From assembly GCA_965197905.1 (NCBI GenBank), contig CBDAOB010000005.1, positions 832,001 through 896,000 of the forward strand: a stretch of DNA of 64,000 nucleotides. The letters are read 5' to 3'. Position numbers and translations under genes: made by a program. Positions 1 to 9,210 of the stretch are shown one piece after another (the first letter of the stretch is position 1; each line of letters begins with the position of its first letter). Origin of the DNA: Candidatus Latescibacterota bacterium. GTDB taxonomy: Bacteria; Latescibacterota; UBA2968; UBA8231. Under the pieces are notes generated by a model that was not told where the DNA came from, made no database searches, and saw nothing but the letters and a program-made list of their open reading frames with translations.

Positions 1-687
1 GTGGAAGGTCTCTTTGAAGTCGGCGGCTGTTCCGCGCACGTCGCGGAAGTGGACGAAATGGATCTTGCCCTGACCGCCGAAGTGGCGGATGGCAGCGGGT
101 AGATCATCCGTCATCAAGGCGAAATTCCCCTGACACAGGCCGACACCGTTCATCGGGCTGGGCACCATGTCGATGAGGCGCTGGTAGTTGTCGATGCTGC
201 TCATGATGCGGGCCACGCCGCGGATCGGGGACAGGGGCGGGTCGTCGGGGTGCATGGCCATCTTCACGTCAGCTTCCTCGGCCACAGGGACGACACGCTC
301 GAGGAAATACTGGAGGTTGTTCCACAGCTCCTCTTCGGAGACAACGCCGTGCTCGGTGGGGCCCACCTCCACCTGGGAAAGCTTGAAACCGCTAACGCGG
401 GCGCCGGCGCGGGACGGCAGGTCGCGGTCAGTTCGCACAACGCCGAGGATGGTTGAGAACATGCTGCACCACACCGGAATGCCGAGCTCGCCCATATTGC
501 GCAGCATCCGGCAGATCACCTCGATCTCCTCGTCACGCCCTGGCAGGCTCCAGGGCTGTTCCTCTTCGGGCTTACCGGGGATCACCTGCAGGTTGCCGTG
601 GCAGACGGCATGCTCCACGCCGCACTGCCGCATCAACGTCCACTGCAGGCTCGGCTCGGGGGGCATGGAGATGGTTATCTTGATCAT
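1..687 (-). CDS. uxuA: Mannonate dehydratase (3' end runs off the window)
   Basis: Not in the ORF track because there is no stop in the window. Manual translation from ATG at 687: MIKITISMPPEPSLQWTLMRQCG...MAMHPDDPP...GLCQGNF...KIHFVHFRDVRG...FKETFH, typical UxuA motifs. Start overlaps the upstream TGA. Confidence 0.9.
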   Translation of the reverse strand, partial: MIKITISMPPEPSLQWTLMRQCGVEHAVCHGNLQVIPGKPEEEQPWSLPGRDEEIEVICRMLRNMGELGIPVWCSMFSTILGVVRTDRDLPSRAGARVSGFKLSQVEVGPTEHGVVSEEELWNNLQYFLERVVPVAEEADVKMAMHPDDPPLSPIRGVARIMSSIDNYQRLIDMVPSPMNGVGLCQGNFALMTDDLPAAIRHFGGQGKIHFVHFRDVRGTAADFKETFH

Positions 688-1616
688 CACCGGCTCCTTG
701 ATTCTACGTTAATTCGTTTCCTCCTCGTCCCGCGCACCGTGAAACGCCAGCGGGGTCCATATTTCTTCGCCAGGTTAGTGTTTTTCTTTATATCGCCCAA
801 GATCTCCAGTACTTCCTTCACCGGAACCTCGTCACGGCCGGCTGTGCGTTTCAAGAATTCCCGGGTCTTGCCATTGAGAACCCCATAGAATCCTCGCACC
901 TCCTCGTCCGGATGGTCACGCCATAGTTGGGTCGGTATGAACGATTGGTGGCTGAGGAATTCGCGATGCCGGTGGCCGTAATAGATCTGCACCGATTTGC
1001 GTTCGGACTGTGTGGGACGCACGGTCACCGTGTGCAGGCGGGTAATATTAAACAGTATCGCCGTTCCCGCATGGCCGTAGAGGTCTTGGATTCCACCGCG
1101 CTCGAGCTGAGCCTCCGCATCCAGAAATTCTTGATCGAACGCCTGGGGCGAAACGGCGAAGCTATGGGTAGTGTCGTTCACGTCTTCCAGGTAAACCATC
1201 ATCTGTATATAGCCGATGCGCAGCGGATGTTCCGGCCACATGGTGTCTGGCCCCCCATCTCGATGCCAGCGGCGCCCCACGGGCCCTTCCCACGACCTCA
1301 TCCCCGGGAGCGGCTCACCGGCGTACGGCCCCATGTGCCTGAGGCAAATTTCCGAGAAACAGACCTCGTCGCCCATCAGACCCTGTAGCGCCGCCATCGC
1401 TTTGGGGTGGCGAATGATTTCATCAAACTCGGGCGCGGTCAGGAGCGAATCGCAATGCTGGGATTGCCAGATGCCGTTGTTACCCCAGTAGCGGCTGTAG
1501 TCGCGCCGATTCCGGTCGAAAAGATCCGCAAAATGGGTTACCTCGTCGTCACTCAAGATCTTTCCCAGCGACAGGTAGCCGTTCTCTTTGAAGAACTGGT
1601 AGTCCTTCTGTTTCAT
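687..1616 (-). CDS. PhyH-family Fe(II)/2OG dioxygenase
   Basis: F(K)ENGYL N-terminus, WHRD and distal RLHT iron ligands, ERKS. Start moved to ATG 1616, which follows a GAGGAGG RBS. Confidence 0.85.
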   Translation of the reverse strand: MKQKDYQFFKENGYLSLGKILSDDEVTHFADLFDRNRRDYSRYWGNNGIWQSQHCDSLLTAPEFDEIIRHPKAMAALQGLMGDEVCFSEICLRHMGPYAGEPLPGMRSWEGPVGRRWHRDGGPDTMWPEHPLRIGYIQMMVYLEDVNDTTHSFAVSPQAFDQEFLDAEAQLERGGIQDLYGHAGTAILFNITRLHTVTVRPTQSERKSVQIYYGHRHREFLSHQSFIPTQLWRDHPDEEVRGFYGVLNGKTREFLKRTAGRDEVPVKEVLEILGDIKKNTNLAKKYGPRWRFTVRGTRRKRINVESRSR

Positions 1617-1717
1617 GCGCTTTCCTCCTCTTTGACAAGCTGCCGTCGTAGTCACCGAAGTGACGGATGGCTAAAATCGGCCCCGGCACGCTACCTACGG
1701 GATCTGAACCCCGTGGA

Positions 1718-3682
1718 TCAATATACCCGAATGTGGTTGTGTTTCACGCCTGTGATCGAATCGACCAACAACCAGAAGCCGGCTGCCACGAACTGGCCCA
1801 GAATAATCCCCATGAAAAACGGCTTCGTGCGTTCGTACAGCGCCGGCCCCCCGTAGTTTAATACCAGGACTTTGATCAGCCAGGCGACCAGTGTTGACAT
1901 CCAGATGGCGTTCAAGATCCAGGAGGAGCTTATGGCGAAACCGACCGGATGGAAAGGCCACCAGGCGAAGGTGTGGCGGGCGATCATCAATACGCCCATA
2001 ACTGCAGCGCCCACCCCGGTCCATATCCAGCCGCCCATGTGCGCTTCAGTTGGACTGTTGAGCTTGAGCTCTACAAACCGAGCGGCGGTCTGCGCGTAGA
2101 CGAAGTAGTAGCGGGTATTGAGGTTGAGTCCACCGTGCTTGTAGGCCAGGTGGATTTGAAACCAGGTGGCGGCCACCATGGCAATCACCGAAGCGGCGCC
2201 GATGGCGAAGACGAGCCTCCTTCGATTGCGAGTGATCTCTGATCCCATGCGCAGGGCGTTAGCCATCGGTGCGGTGATGAAGGTCATGAACCCACTGGCC
2301 CAGATCAGGGTAAGGCCTGTCGCCACGACCCCCGTCATGCCGAGGGCTGTAGTGCCGAGGGCGGAGGTGACGAAGTTGGCCGGGGCCATCGCGGGCGTAA
2401 TGGTGGGCACCCCGGTCTCGGCGATGACCCGCGCCAATCCGATCATTACGACCAGGGTGGCGAAGATGAATATAGGAGCGATCCAGGCCGGCATGCCGGA
2501 GTGCCACAACCAGAAAAAAACGAAGGTCGCACCACCCAGGAAGCAGAGCACTGCAGCACGGTACGGCATCACCTCCTGCGAATCGTCCACCGATGGGTCT
2601 CCGTTCCATGCCTTGCGCAACACCTCCATGAGGTGGGACCGCGCCGTCCACAAGCCGAAAACCACCATCACGATCAGCGCCCCCATCATCTGGTGACCGA
2701 AGATCGGTCCTCCGATAGGCGTCGTGGCGTGCCCCGGACCCAGGTTCTGCGTGAGCCCGATGCCCAGCAGGACGAAGATCCCTCCCTGCAGCACACGCAC
2801 GAGATAGAAGAACCACATGCTGAAGGCGACGCCTGTGTTGATGAAGTAGGCGAACCCCAACATGAGGAAATTGATGCGGAACATGATCTCGATCTGGTCG
2901 TGAAAGAACCTGTATTGTACCTGCCCCATGAAAGCGGGGATCCAGGCGAAGTAGTTGTGCAGAATGTTGGTGCTGTTCATCAGGAAGCAGAAGATGAAAC
3001 CTGCCCACATGACCGGATTCTTGAAGAAGGGTTTGATGATCGCGTCGGGCCGGCCGTTGTCCTGCAGCATCGCCAGCGGCACCTGAGCCAGGGGGAAGGC
3101 CAGGCGCTCGCGCTCAACCCACTGGCGCCGCAGGATCACCAAGGCGCTGAGCAGCATGAGGTGGTAGGCGACAAAGAAGAGAAGCCAGCGCAGCAGGACC
3201 GGGAGCCATAGATGCCACGGAATTCGGTCCGGGTCTCCTCCGTAGTAGAGCTCGCGGATCGCGTCCGCATCACTGAGCACCAACCATTCCGCCAGTACGG
3301 GATGAATCAGCTCGCCCCAGTTGTTTTCGGGCGAGGCGTAGAAGATGATCCCAGTGATCCCCACCACCAGCTTCTGCGATACGCCCCGGGTGGGAATGGC
3401 GGTGGCGATCGCCATCATGATGAAGATCACTGCCAGCTCACCGGGACGCAGGTGCCAGTTGCGCCTGAGCAGCGTCAGCATCACCTGTACGGTAAAAAGC
3501 ACGACGAAAAACAGAATGAAAGCTGCCGGCGTACAGGAGCTGAGGCCGATGCGCGTCGCCCGCATCACGTTCAATGTATAAGGCAGGATTAACGCGATGC
3601 TGAGCGCCGAGAGCGAGCCGATAACGAGGCAGCGAGCGCTGATCTCCCAGCGATCGGCAAGTTGAGACGGGTGGGTCATCAT
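1718..3682 (-). CDS. DUF6785/DUF6784-type polytopic membrane protein (putative transporter)
   Basis: 654 aa, many hydrophobic segments, motifs RQWVERERLAFPLAQVP and WWPFHPVG. Confidence 0.75.
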   Translation of the reverse strand: MMTHPSQLADRWEISARCLVIGSLSALSIALILPYTLNVMRATRIGLSSCTPAAFILFFVVLFTVQVMLTLLRRNWHLRPGELAVIFIMMAIATAIPTRGVSQKLVVGITGIIFYASPENNWGELIHPVLAEWLVLSDADAIRELYYGGDPDRIPWHLWLPVLLRWLLFFVAYHLMLLSALVILRRQWVERERLAFPLAQVPLAMLQDNGRPDAIIKPFFKNPVMWAGFIFCFLMNSTNILHNYFAWIPAFMGQVQYRFFHDQIEIMFRINFLMLGFAYFINTGVAFSMWFFYLVRVLQGGIFVLLGIGLTQNLGPGHATTPIGGPIFGHQMMGALIVMVVFGLWTARSHLMEVLRKAWNGDPSVDDSQEVMPYRAAVLCFLGGATFVFFWLWHSGMPAWIAPIFIFATLVVMIGLARVIAETGVPTITPAMAPANFVTSALGTTALGMTGVVATGLTLIWASGFMTFITAPMANALRMGSEITRNRRRLVFAIGAASVIAMVAATWFQIHLAYKHGGLNLNTRYYFVYAQTAARFVELKLNSPTEAHMGGWIWTGVGAAVMGVLMIARHTFAWWPFHPVGFAISSSWILNAIWMSTLVAWLIKVLVLNYGGPALYERTKPFFMGIILGQFVAAGFWLLVDSITGVKHNHIRVY

Positions 3683-3816
3683 TTCACCGAGAGGCGTGGT
3701 GGAGTTGGCGACAAAATCAGGCCGGTCTTCTGAAGGTCTGGCGACACCAGATCATGCCGTTCAAAACCTTCTTGCCTCCCGGCTGCCCTCCGGCGACTGA
3801 CACGATCGATGGCTGA

Positions 3817-5295
3817 TCAGTGGGTGTTGACTCCGAAGGTGAGATTGTCCCAGCGATGCGTCAGCAGATGGCGGAGTAGAGCTTCCTGTGCCGTTTCTGT
3901 TCCGATATTGCGCAAGGCATGGACGGCCTTGCCGCGAACGTAGCGGTTGCTGTCCTCGAGAGCTGCCTCCAGCTGAGGCGTGGCTTCCTCGGCACGTGAA
4001 CCCAAGCGGGCTAGCGCCATGACAGCCCTCATGCGAACCCTCTCTTCGGAGTGACCAAGCGTTCTAGCCAGCGCTCCCGGGACATCAGTTGCCGGCGGAT
4101 CGATCCATCCTAGGGCTTCGGCGGCGTTTGCCGCCACTTCATCCGTCTGGTCTTCCAGACACCTGACCAGCTCCGGGAGGGCGGGCCGGGCTTGGTTCCC
4201 CATGTCGGCCAGCGCCTCGGCCGCACCGGCACGGACAGATGAGTCGCTATGACCCAGAGCTTCTGTGAGAGCGGGTACGGCTGATTTACCGATGGCGCTA
4301 AGCGCGTAGGTAAAACCCCTGCGAACACCCTCAGTGCTTGCCAGGGCATCGATGAGGGAAGGCACCGCCGACTCCCCGAGGGCAGCCAGCTCGTAGATGC
4401 TTTCGAGCCAGACCGGTTCGGATGCGCCTACCTGTTCGTTGGTCTCCACTCGGGTCCACATCGCTCGATTAGGTTCACCAAGGGCCGAATTTTCCGAAGC
4501 GGTTTTGACGAGTTTGTCGATCGAAGCAGCAGCAGAATCCCCGTTCTCTGCGAATTTCTCACCGCTTTTGCCGCAATGCCAATCCCACACGCGCTTCTTC
4601 AAATTTGCATGGGGGACATCGGTGCCTGGCTGCCAGTCTTGATTCTTGCAGTCCCAGCTGGGACTCAGCGGCTCGCTCATGCGCGCGAAGATGAAAACCA
4701 CCATAGCCCGTTTCTTCTCGGTCTTGTTGGAGGTGGCCGCGTGAAAGAGATCGTAGTTCGCCAGCACGATGGTTCCCGCATCCCCGCAGATCGGGAATTC
4801 CCGACCGAGGTCAACGCCATCCAAGGAATTGTAGTACTGACTACCCGGAAGGATGGTAGTCGCGCCCATCTCCGCGGTCGTATCCTGGGGGTAGTAGAGG
4901 CACCAGGCCCACCGGGTGCGATGTCTGCGACGGTGGCTCATGTCATCCTTGTGCAGCTTTCCGCCGAGGCGGCCGCGTTTGGGATCCGTGTTGACCCCGC
5001 CTCTGGGTATGAAACCGTGCTGGCGAAAGTGGCAATGCCGATGCGGATACATGAAGTAGTCGGCACCCAGGACACTCTCGAAGAAGCCGGAGATCTGCGG
5101 CTCATCGAACAGGTGCTGGAACAGTGGGATCCGCGGCAGGAGGTTGTTGCCGGGGTTACCCTCGCTTTCGTAGACACTCTCGATTTCGTCGAAGATCTGC
5201 TTGTGGAACGCAGCGGGCAGGCCGGACTTGAACATGAGGTATCCATCAATGATAAACCTCTGCATCTGTTCGTCGGTAAGGAGTTTGCGATCCAT
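3817..5295 (-). CDS. PhyH dioxygenase domain fused to HEAT-like repeats
   Basis: LLTDEQMQRFIIDGYL, LHKD, LFH; C-terminal VRAGAAEALADMG / VRGKAVHALRNIG repeats. Start MDRKLL at 5295 set by comparison with the paralog. Confidence 0.85.
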   Translation of the reverse strand: MDRKLLTDEQMQRFIIDGYLMFKSGLPAAFHKQIFDEIESVYESEGNPGNNLLPRIPLFQHLFDEPQISGFFESVLGADYFMYPHRHCHFRQHGFIPRGGVNTDPKRGRLGGKLHKDDMSHRRRHRTRWAWCLYYPQDTTAEMGATTILPGSQYYNSLDGVDLGREFPICGDAGTIVLANYDLFHAATSNKTEKKRAMVVFIFARMSEPLSPSWDCKNQDWQPGTDVPHANLKKRVWDWHCGKSGEKFAENGDSAAASIDKLVKTASENSALGEPNRAMWTRVETNEQVGASEPVWLESIYELAALGESAVPSLIDALASTEGVRRGFTYALSAIGKSAVPALTEALGHSDSSVRAGAAEALADMGNQARPALPELVRCLEDQTDEVAANAAEALGWIDPPATDVPGALARTLGHSEERVRMRAVMALARLGSRAEEATPQLEAALEDSNRYVRGKAVHALRNIGTETAQEALLRHLLTHRWDNLTFGVNTH

Positions 5296-5333
5296 GTCAG
5301 CTGTTCCCAGGTCGGCGAACGACGAAATACCGC

Positions 5334-6779
5334 TCAGTGGGTGTTGACTCCGAAGGTGAGATTGTCCCAACGATGGGTCAGAAGATGGCGGAGCAGCGCT
5401 TCCCGGGCTTCGGGCGTCCCAATGTTGAACAACGCATGGACGGCTTTGCCGCGAACATACCTGTTGCTGTCCTCAAGGACAGATGCCAGCTGCGGTGTCG
5501 CTTCTTCTGCGCGTTTACCCATTCGGGCCAACGCCAGAGCGGCCCGCATTCGAACTTTGTCTGCGGCATGCTCGAGGGTCCTCCCCAGAGCCTGGGGTAG
5601 GTCCGGTTCCGGCACATCGATCAACCCAAGGGCTTCGGCGGCATGTTCGACCACATCCTCTGACTCGTCTCCCAGACACCTGATCAACTCCGGAACCACC
5701 TGCTCGGCCTGTTTGCCCATGTCTCCCAACGACTCCGCCGCCACGGCGCGAACCGATGCGTTGTCATCCTCCAGAGCGTTCGCGAGTGCGGGTACGGCCG
5801 CTTCGCCGATGGCGGTCAGCGAGTGAGCGAAACCTCGGCGCACCCCCTCCGACGGATGTGCCAGGCCATCGATCAGAGTAGGCACTGCCGCCTCGCCGAG
5901 AGCGGCAAGTTCATAGATGGTTTCGAGCCAGATCGGTTCGGACCTGCCCTCCTGAGGCGTATTGTCCAGAGCCGCATTCTCGGTCGCCCTGGTCACCAGC
6001 TCGTCGATGGAAGCCACGGGTCGATCGCCGCCTGAGGCGGATCCCCCATTGAGCTTGCCGCAGTGCCAGTCCCAGATCTGTTTCCGTAGAGATGGATGTT
6101 TGACCTCGGCGCCGGGCTGCCAGTCCTGACTCTCGCTGTCCCAGCTCGGGCCCGGCGGTTCGTTCATGCGCGCGAACATGAACTTGACAAGAGCCCGTTT
6201 CTTTTGGCTGCGGTTCGGCGTGGCTGCATGCCAGAGATCGTAGTGGGTGATGACGATGGTTCCAGCATCCACGCAGAGCGGAAACTCGCGACCGAGGTCA
6301 ACGTCGGAGAGCGCATTGTAGTACTGACTTCCCGGAAGGACAGTGGTGGGTCCCATATCGGGCGCCGTATCCTGAGGGTAGTATAGGCCCAGCGCCCACC
6401 GGGTGCGATGTCGGCGACGGCTCATGCCATCCCGGTGCAGGCTTCCTCCGAAACCGCCCTTTCTGGGATCGGTGTTTACCCCATTTCTGGGAACGAACTC
6501 CGGCTCGCGAAAGTGGCAGTGGCGATGCGGATAGAGGAAGTAGCCTGCGCCCAGGATACTTTCCAAAGCGCCGGAGATGCGCGGGTCATCGAATACCTGT
6601 TGGAGCATCGGAATCCGCGGCAGCAGGTTGTTGCCGGGGTTCCCTTCCGTCTGGTACACGCTGTCGATTTCGTCGAAGACCTGCTTGTGAAACTCGGCGG
6701 GCAGGCCGGACTTGAGCATGAGGTATCCATCAATGATGAACCTCTGCATCTGTTCGTCGGTCAGAAGTCTGCGATCCAT
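5334..6779 (-). CDS. PhyH dioxygenase domain fused to HEAT-like repeats (tandem paralog)
   Basis: LHRD, LWH, HEAT repeats; same C-terminus HRWDNLTFGVNTH as its neighbour. Confidence 0.85.
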   Translation of the reverse strand: MDRRLLTDEQMQRFIIDGYLMLKSGLPAEFHKQVFDEIDSVYQTEGNPGNNLLPRIPMLQQVFDDPRISGALESILGAGYFLYPHRHCHFREPEFVPRNGVNTDPRKGGFGGSLHRDGMSRRRHRTRWALGLYYPQDTAPDMGPTTVLPGSQYYNALSDVDLGREFPLCVDAGTIVITHYDLWHAATPNRSQKKRALVKFMFARMNEPPGPSWDSESQDWQPGAEVKHPSLRKQIWDWHCGKLNGGSASGGDRPVASIDELVTRATENAALDNTPQEGRSEPIWLETIYELAALGEAAVPTLIDGLAHPSEGVRRGFAHSLTAIGEAAVPALANALEDDNASVRAVAAESLGDMGKQAEQVVPELIRCLGDESEDVVEHAAEALGLIDVPEPDLPQALGRTLEHAADKVRMRAALALARMGKRAEEATPQLASVLEDSNRYVRGKAVHALFNIGTPEAREALLRHLLTHRWDNLTFGVNTH

Positions 6780-6881
6780 GTCAGCTATTCTCCAAAGCTA
6801 AGCACATCGGCGAACCTTGACAGTTGCCCAGAGCCTGATACATCGCCTGAGCTAAGGTGCTCTGGGGCCACAGCAGGACCG

Positions 6882-7964
6882 CTAGCCGAATTCCCTGGTA
6901 AGCTCGGGTTCGGCGCTGCTGGCGAGCTTGGAGTAGATCTGCAGCCGGCCGCGAGAGTCGGCGATGATGACCCGGTCCTGCTCGTCCACCTCTACTCCCG
7001 TTGGCCTGATGAACCTGCCCAACGGTGTAAGGTCTTCGACCACGTCGAACGCCAACTTAGTCCGCGCGTCGCGGTTAATGACATACTCCCCGGCCTTGGA
7101 ATCTGTGGGGTTCTTGGCGTCACCGTGTATGGCCGTCAGGATCTCTCCACTGGACTCATAGATCTGCACCCGGTTGTTTGCCCAATCGGTGACGTAGACA
7201 TCTCCGCCGCTGTCTACCGCCACGTCCGCCGGATGATCCAGCGCTCCTCCCTCTTCGGGTGAGGTGCCGAAGCTCATCAGGTATGCGCCGTCGGCGGTGA
7301 ATTTCTGCACTCGATTATTGCTCCAGTCGGCGATATAGACGTCGCCCGCGGCATCAACTGTGATCCCCCAGGGCCGTCTGAACTCACCCTCGCCTTGCCC
7401 CGTACTCCCCCAGGTCGCGAGAAACTGACCCTCCTTGGTGAACCTTTGCACGCGGTCGTTGCGGCTATCAACGACCAGCAGGTTGTTGTCGGCGTCGAAC
7501 GCGAGGCCCGAAGGACCGTTGAGTTGCCCGGGTCCCGCGCCGGTCTCTCCCCATCGCCCTTTCCGGTCACCGTTTTCTCCGTACTCCGGGAACGGAAGCG
7601 TCGAATTGGGATCGAAGATGGAGATGGCGTTTTCGTACTCGTCTGAGCAGAACACATCTCCGTCGTCAGACACGGCAATGCCTGCCGGCCAGGTGAAATC
7701 GTTGCGGCCGAAGTCGCCCTCGTGGTGCTCCTCGATCGTGGTTTTTCCGATGCGCCGGTAGAGATCGGGCGCATCGGGGCTGAACGTCCCATAACCCAGG
7801 CCACGACTGAGGACGAAGATGAGACCACCCGGCGCCAGGGCAAGAGACACCGGCCGCGAGAACCCGCCGGTGACGCCGTACTTGCTCTCGTTGTGCTCGG
7901 CCGTATTGCGTCCGAGGGCGTGGCTGAACCGCCAGGTGCGCCCAGCGGCGGTGGTGGTGATCAT
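6882..7964 (-). CDS. NHL-repeat beta-propeller protein
   Basis: Repeated F/L-xx-P-x-G-I/L-A-V-D...VY-V/I-ADWxNNRVQ units. Start ATG 7964 follows a GGAGG RBS. Confidence 0.85.
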   Translation of the reverse strand: MITTTAAGRTWRFSHALGRNTAEHNESKYGVTGGFSRPVSLALAPGGLIFVLSRGLGYGTFSPDAPDLYRRIGKTTIEEHHEGDFGRNDFTWPAGIAVSDDGDVFCSDEYENAISIFDPNSTLPFPEYGENGDRKGRWGETGAGPGQLNGPSGLAFDADNNLLVVDSRNDRVQRFTKEGQFLATWGSTGQGEGEFRRPWGITVDAAGDVYIADWSNNRVQKFTADGAYLMSFGTSPEEGGALDHPADVAVDSGGDVYVTDWANNRVQIYESSGEILTAIHGDAKNPTDSKAGEYVINRDARTKLAFDVVEDLTPLGRFIRPTGVEVDEQDRVIIADSRGRLQIYSKLASSAEPELTREFG

Positions 7965-8020
7965 ATCAGCAACCTCCGCGTCCATCCGTTGCGGCCCGTG
8001 GTCACATGAACCTTGTAGTG

Positions 8021-9154
8021 TCATCCAACGTCTATCAGGTGGGGCTTCTCGTGCTGGCCGCGAACGGCAGCTGCGGGATCCACCTTCAGCCAGTCTTCCA
8101 GCAGGTTGGTGTAGAGGCCACGGAAGTCGAATGTCGGCGCCAGATCGCCATCCTTGAGCCTCTCGCTCCTGATATCCGGATACTCGGCATAGGCGCCGCC
8201 TTTGACTTTCGGCCCCAGAACCCAGGACACTCCGGCCGCCCCGTGATCGGTGCCGCCGCCGTTTTCCTTCACCCGTCGACCAAATTCGGAGAACACCAGC
8301 ATGACGACGTTTTCATCGGCCTCGTGGGCCTTGAGGTCGTCCCAGAACTCGGCGATGGCATTGGATATGTCGGTCAGCAGCTTCACATGTGAGGTGGCTT
8401 GGGCGGCGTGGGTGTCGAACCCGCCATATTCGGTGTAGAGTATCCGTGCTCCCAGGTCGGCAAGGTGAATCTTGGCTACATCTTTTAGCCGGTTGGAAAC
8501 GGGGTTGGGGCCGTACTCTGTGTCCGAGCTGTAGTTTTGCGCCGCCGTTTTGACCATATCCGCGCCGTTCAGCGCGTCCATACCGGTGTGACCCAGGTAG
8601 TCCATCACCGGACCCGAGTCGCTGGAAGGGCTGTATATCCTGGCAAACCTTTCGAGCATATTCCGGCGTTCTTCCTTCGCGAAGGAGGTGAACAGGCCGT
8701 AGGCGTCGATGTCCGCCACGGAGGCGACGGAGACGCCGTCGGCCACCAGCGCGCGCGGCAAACCCGGACCTATGTTCACGGTGGTGACCGGATTGTCACC
8801 TTTGGGGTCGAGTTCCCTGGTAGCCTTACCCAGCCAGCCTTCGCTGGAGAAGGTGTCCGGTTCGGCGGTGTGCCAGATGTCCAGGCAGCGGAAGTGAGAT
8901 CGGTTGGAGTTCTCCCAGCCTACTCCATGGACGATCGCCATCTCTCCCTTGTCGTGCATCTCCTTGAGCGGGGCCATCGCGGGATGAAGGCCAATCTCGT
9001 CGTCCAGCTTGAGAACATCATCCTCGGGTACACCCAGCAGCGGGCGGTTGTCGTAGTATTGCGGGTTGGCGAAGGGGACGACGGAGTTCATGTAATCATT
9101 GCCGCCGCTCAATTGCAAAACCACGAGCACCGGGTCTTTGTCTCTAGTTGTCAT
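8021..9154 (-). CDS. DUF1501 family protein
   Basis: LVVLQLSGGND, NRSHF, GGFDTH, SEFGRR, GTDHG, DFRGLY motifs; adjacent to DUF1800. Confidence 0.85.
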   Translation of the reverse strand: MTTRDKDPVLVVLQLSGGNDYMNSVVPFANPQYYDNRPLLGVPEDDVLKLDDEIGLHPAMAPLKEMHDKGEMAIVHGVGWENSNRSHFRCLDIWHTAEPDTFSSEGWLGKATRELDPKGDNPVTTVNIGPGLPRALVADGVSVASVADIDAYGLFTSFAKEERRNMLERFARIYSPSSDSGPVMDYLGHTGMDALNGADMVKTAAQNYSSDTEYGPNPVSNRLKDVAKIHLADLGARILYTEYGGFDTHAAQATSHVKLLTDISNAIAEFWDDLKAHEADENVVMLVFSEFGRRVKENGGGTDHGAAGVSWVLGPKVKGGAYAEYPDIRSERLKDGDLAPTFDFRGLYTNLLEDWLKVDPAAAVRGQHEKPHLIDVG

Positions 9155-9210
9155 AGGATGTTCTCCACACTCGGTCTGCCATTCTGTTTCCGCAGAACAT
9201 ATGATCCTCT

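Noticed and set aside
1651..1664. C(UUCG)G hairpin (GTCAC-TTCG-GTGAC, minus strand) between DUF6785 and PhyH
   Set aside because: Only a 5-bp stem, no U tract, and absent from the paralogous spacer at 12738..12829.
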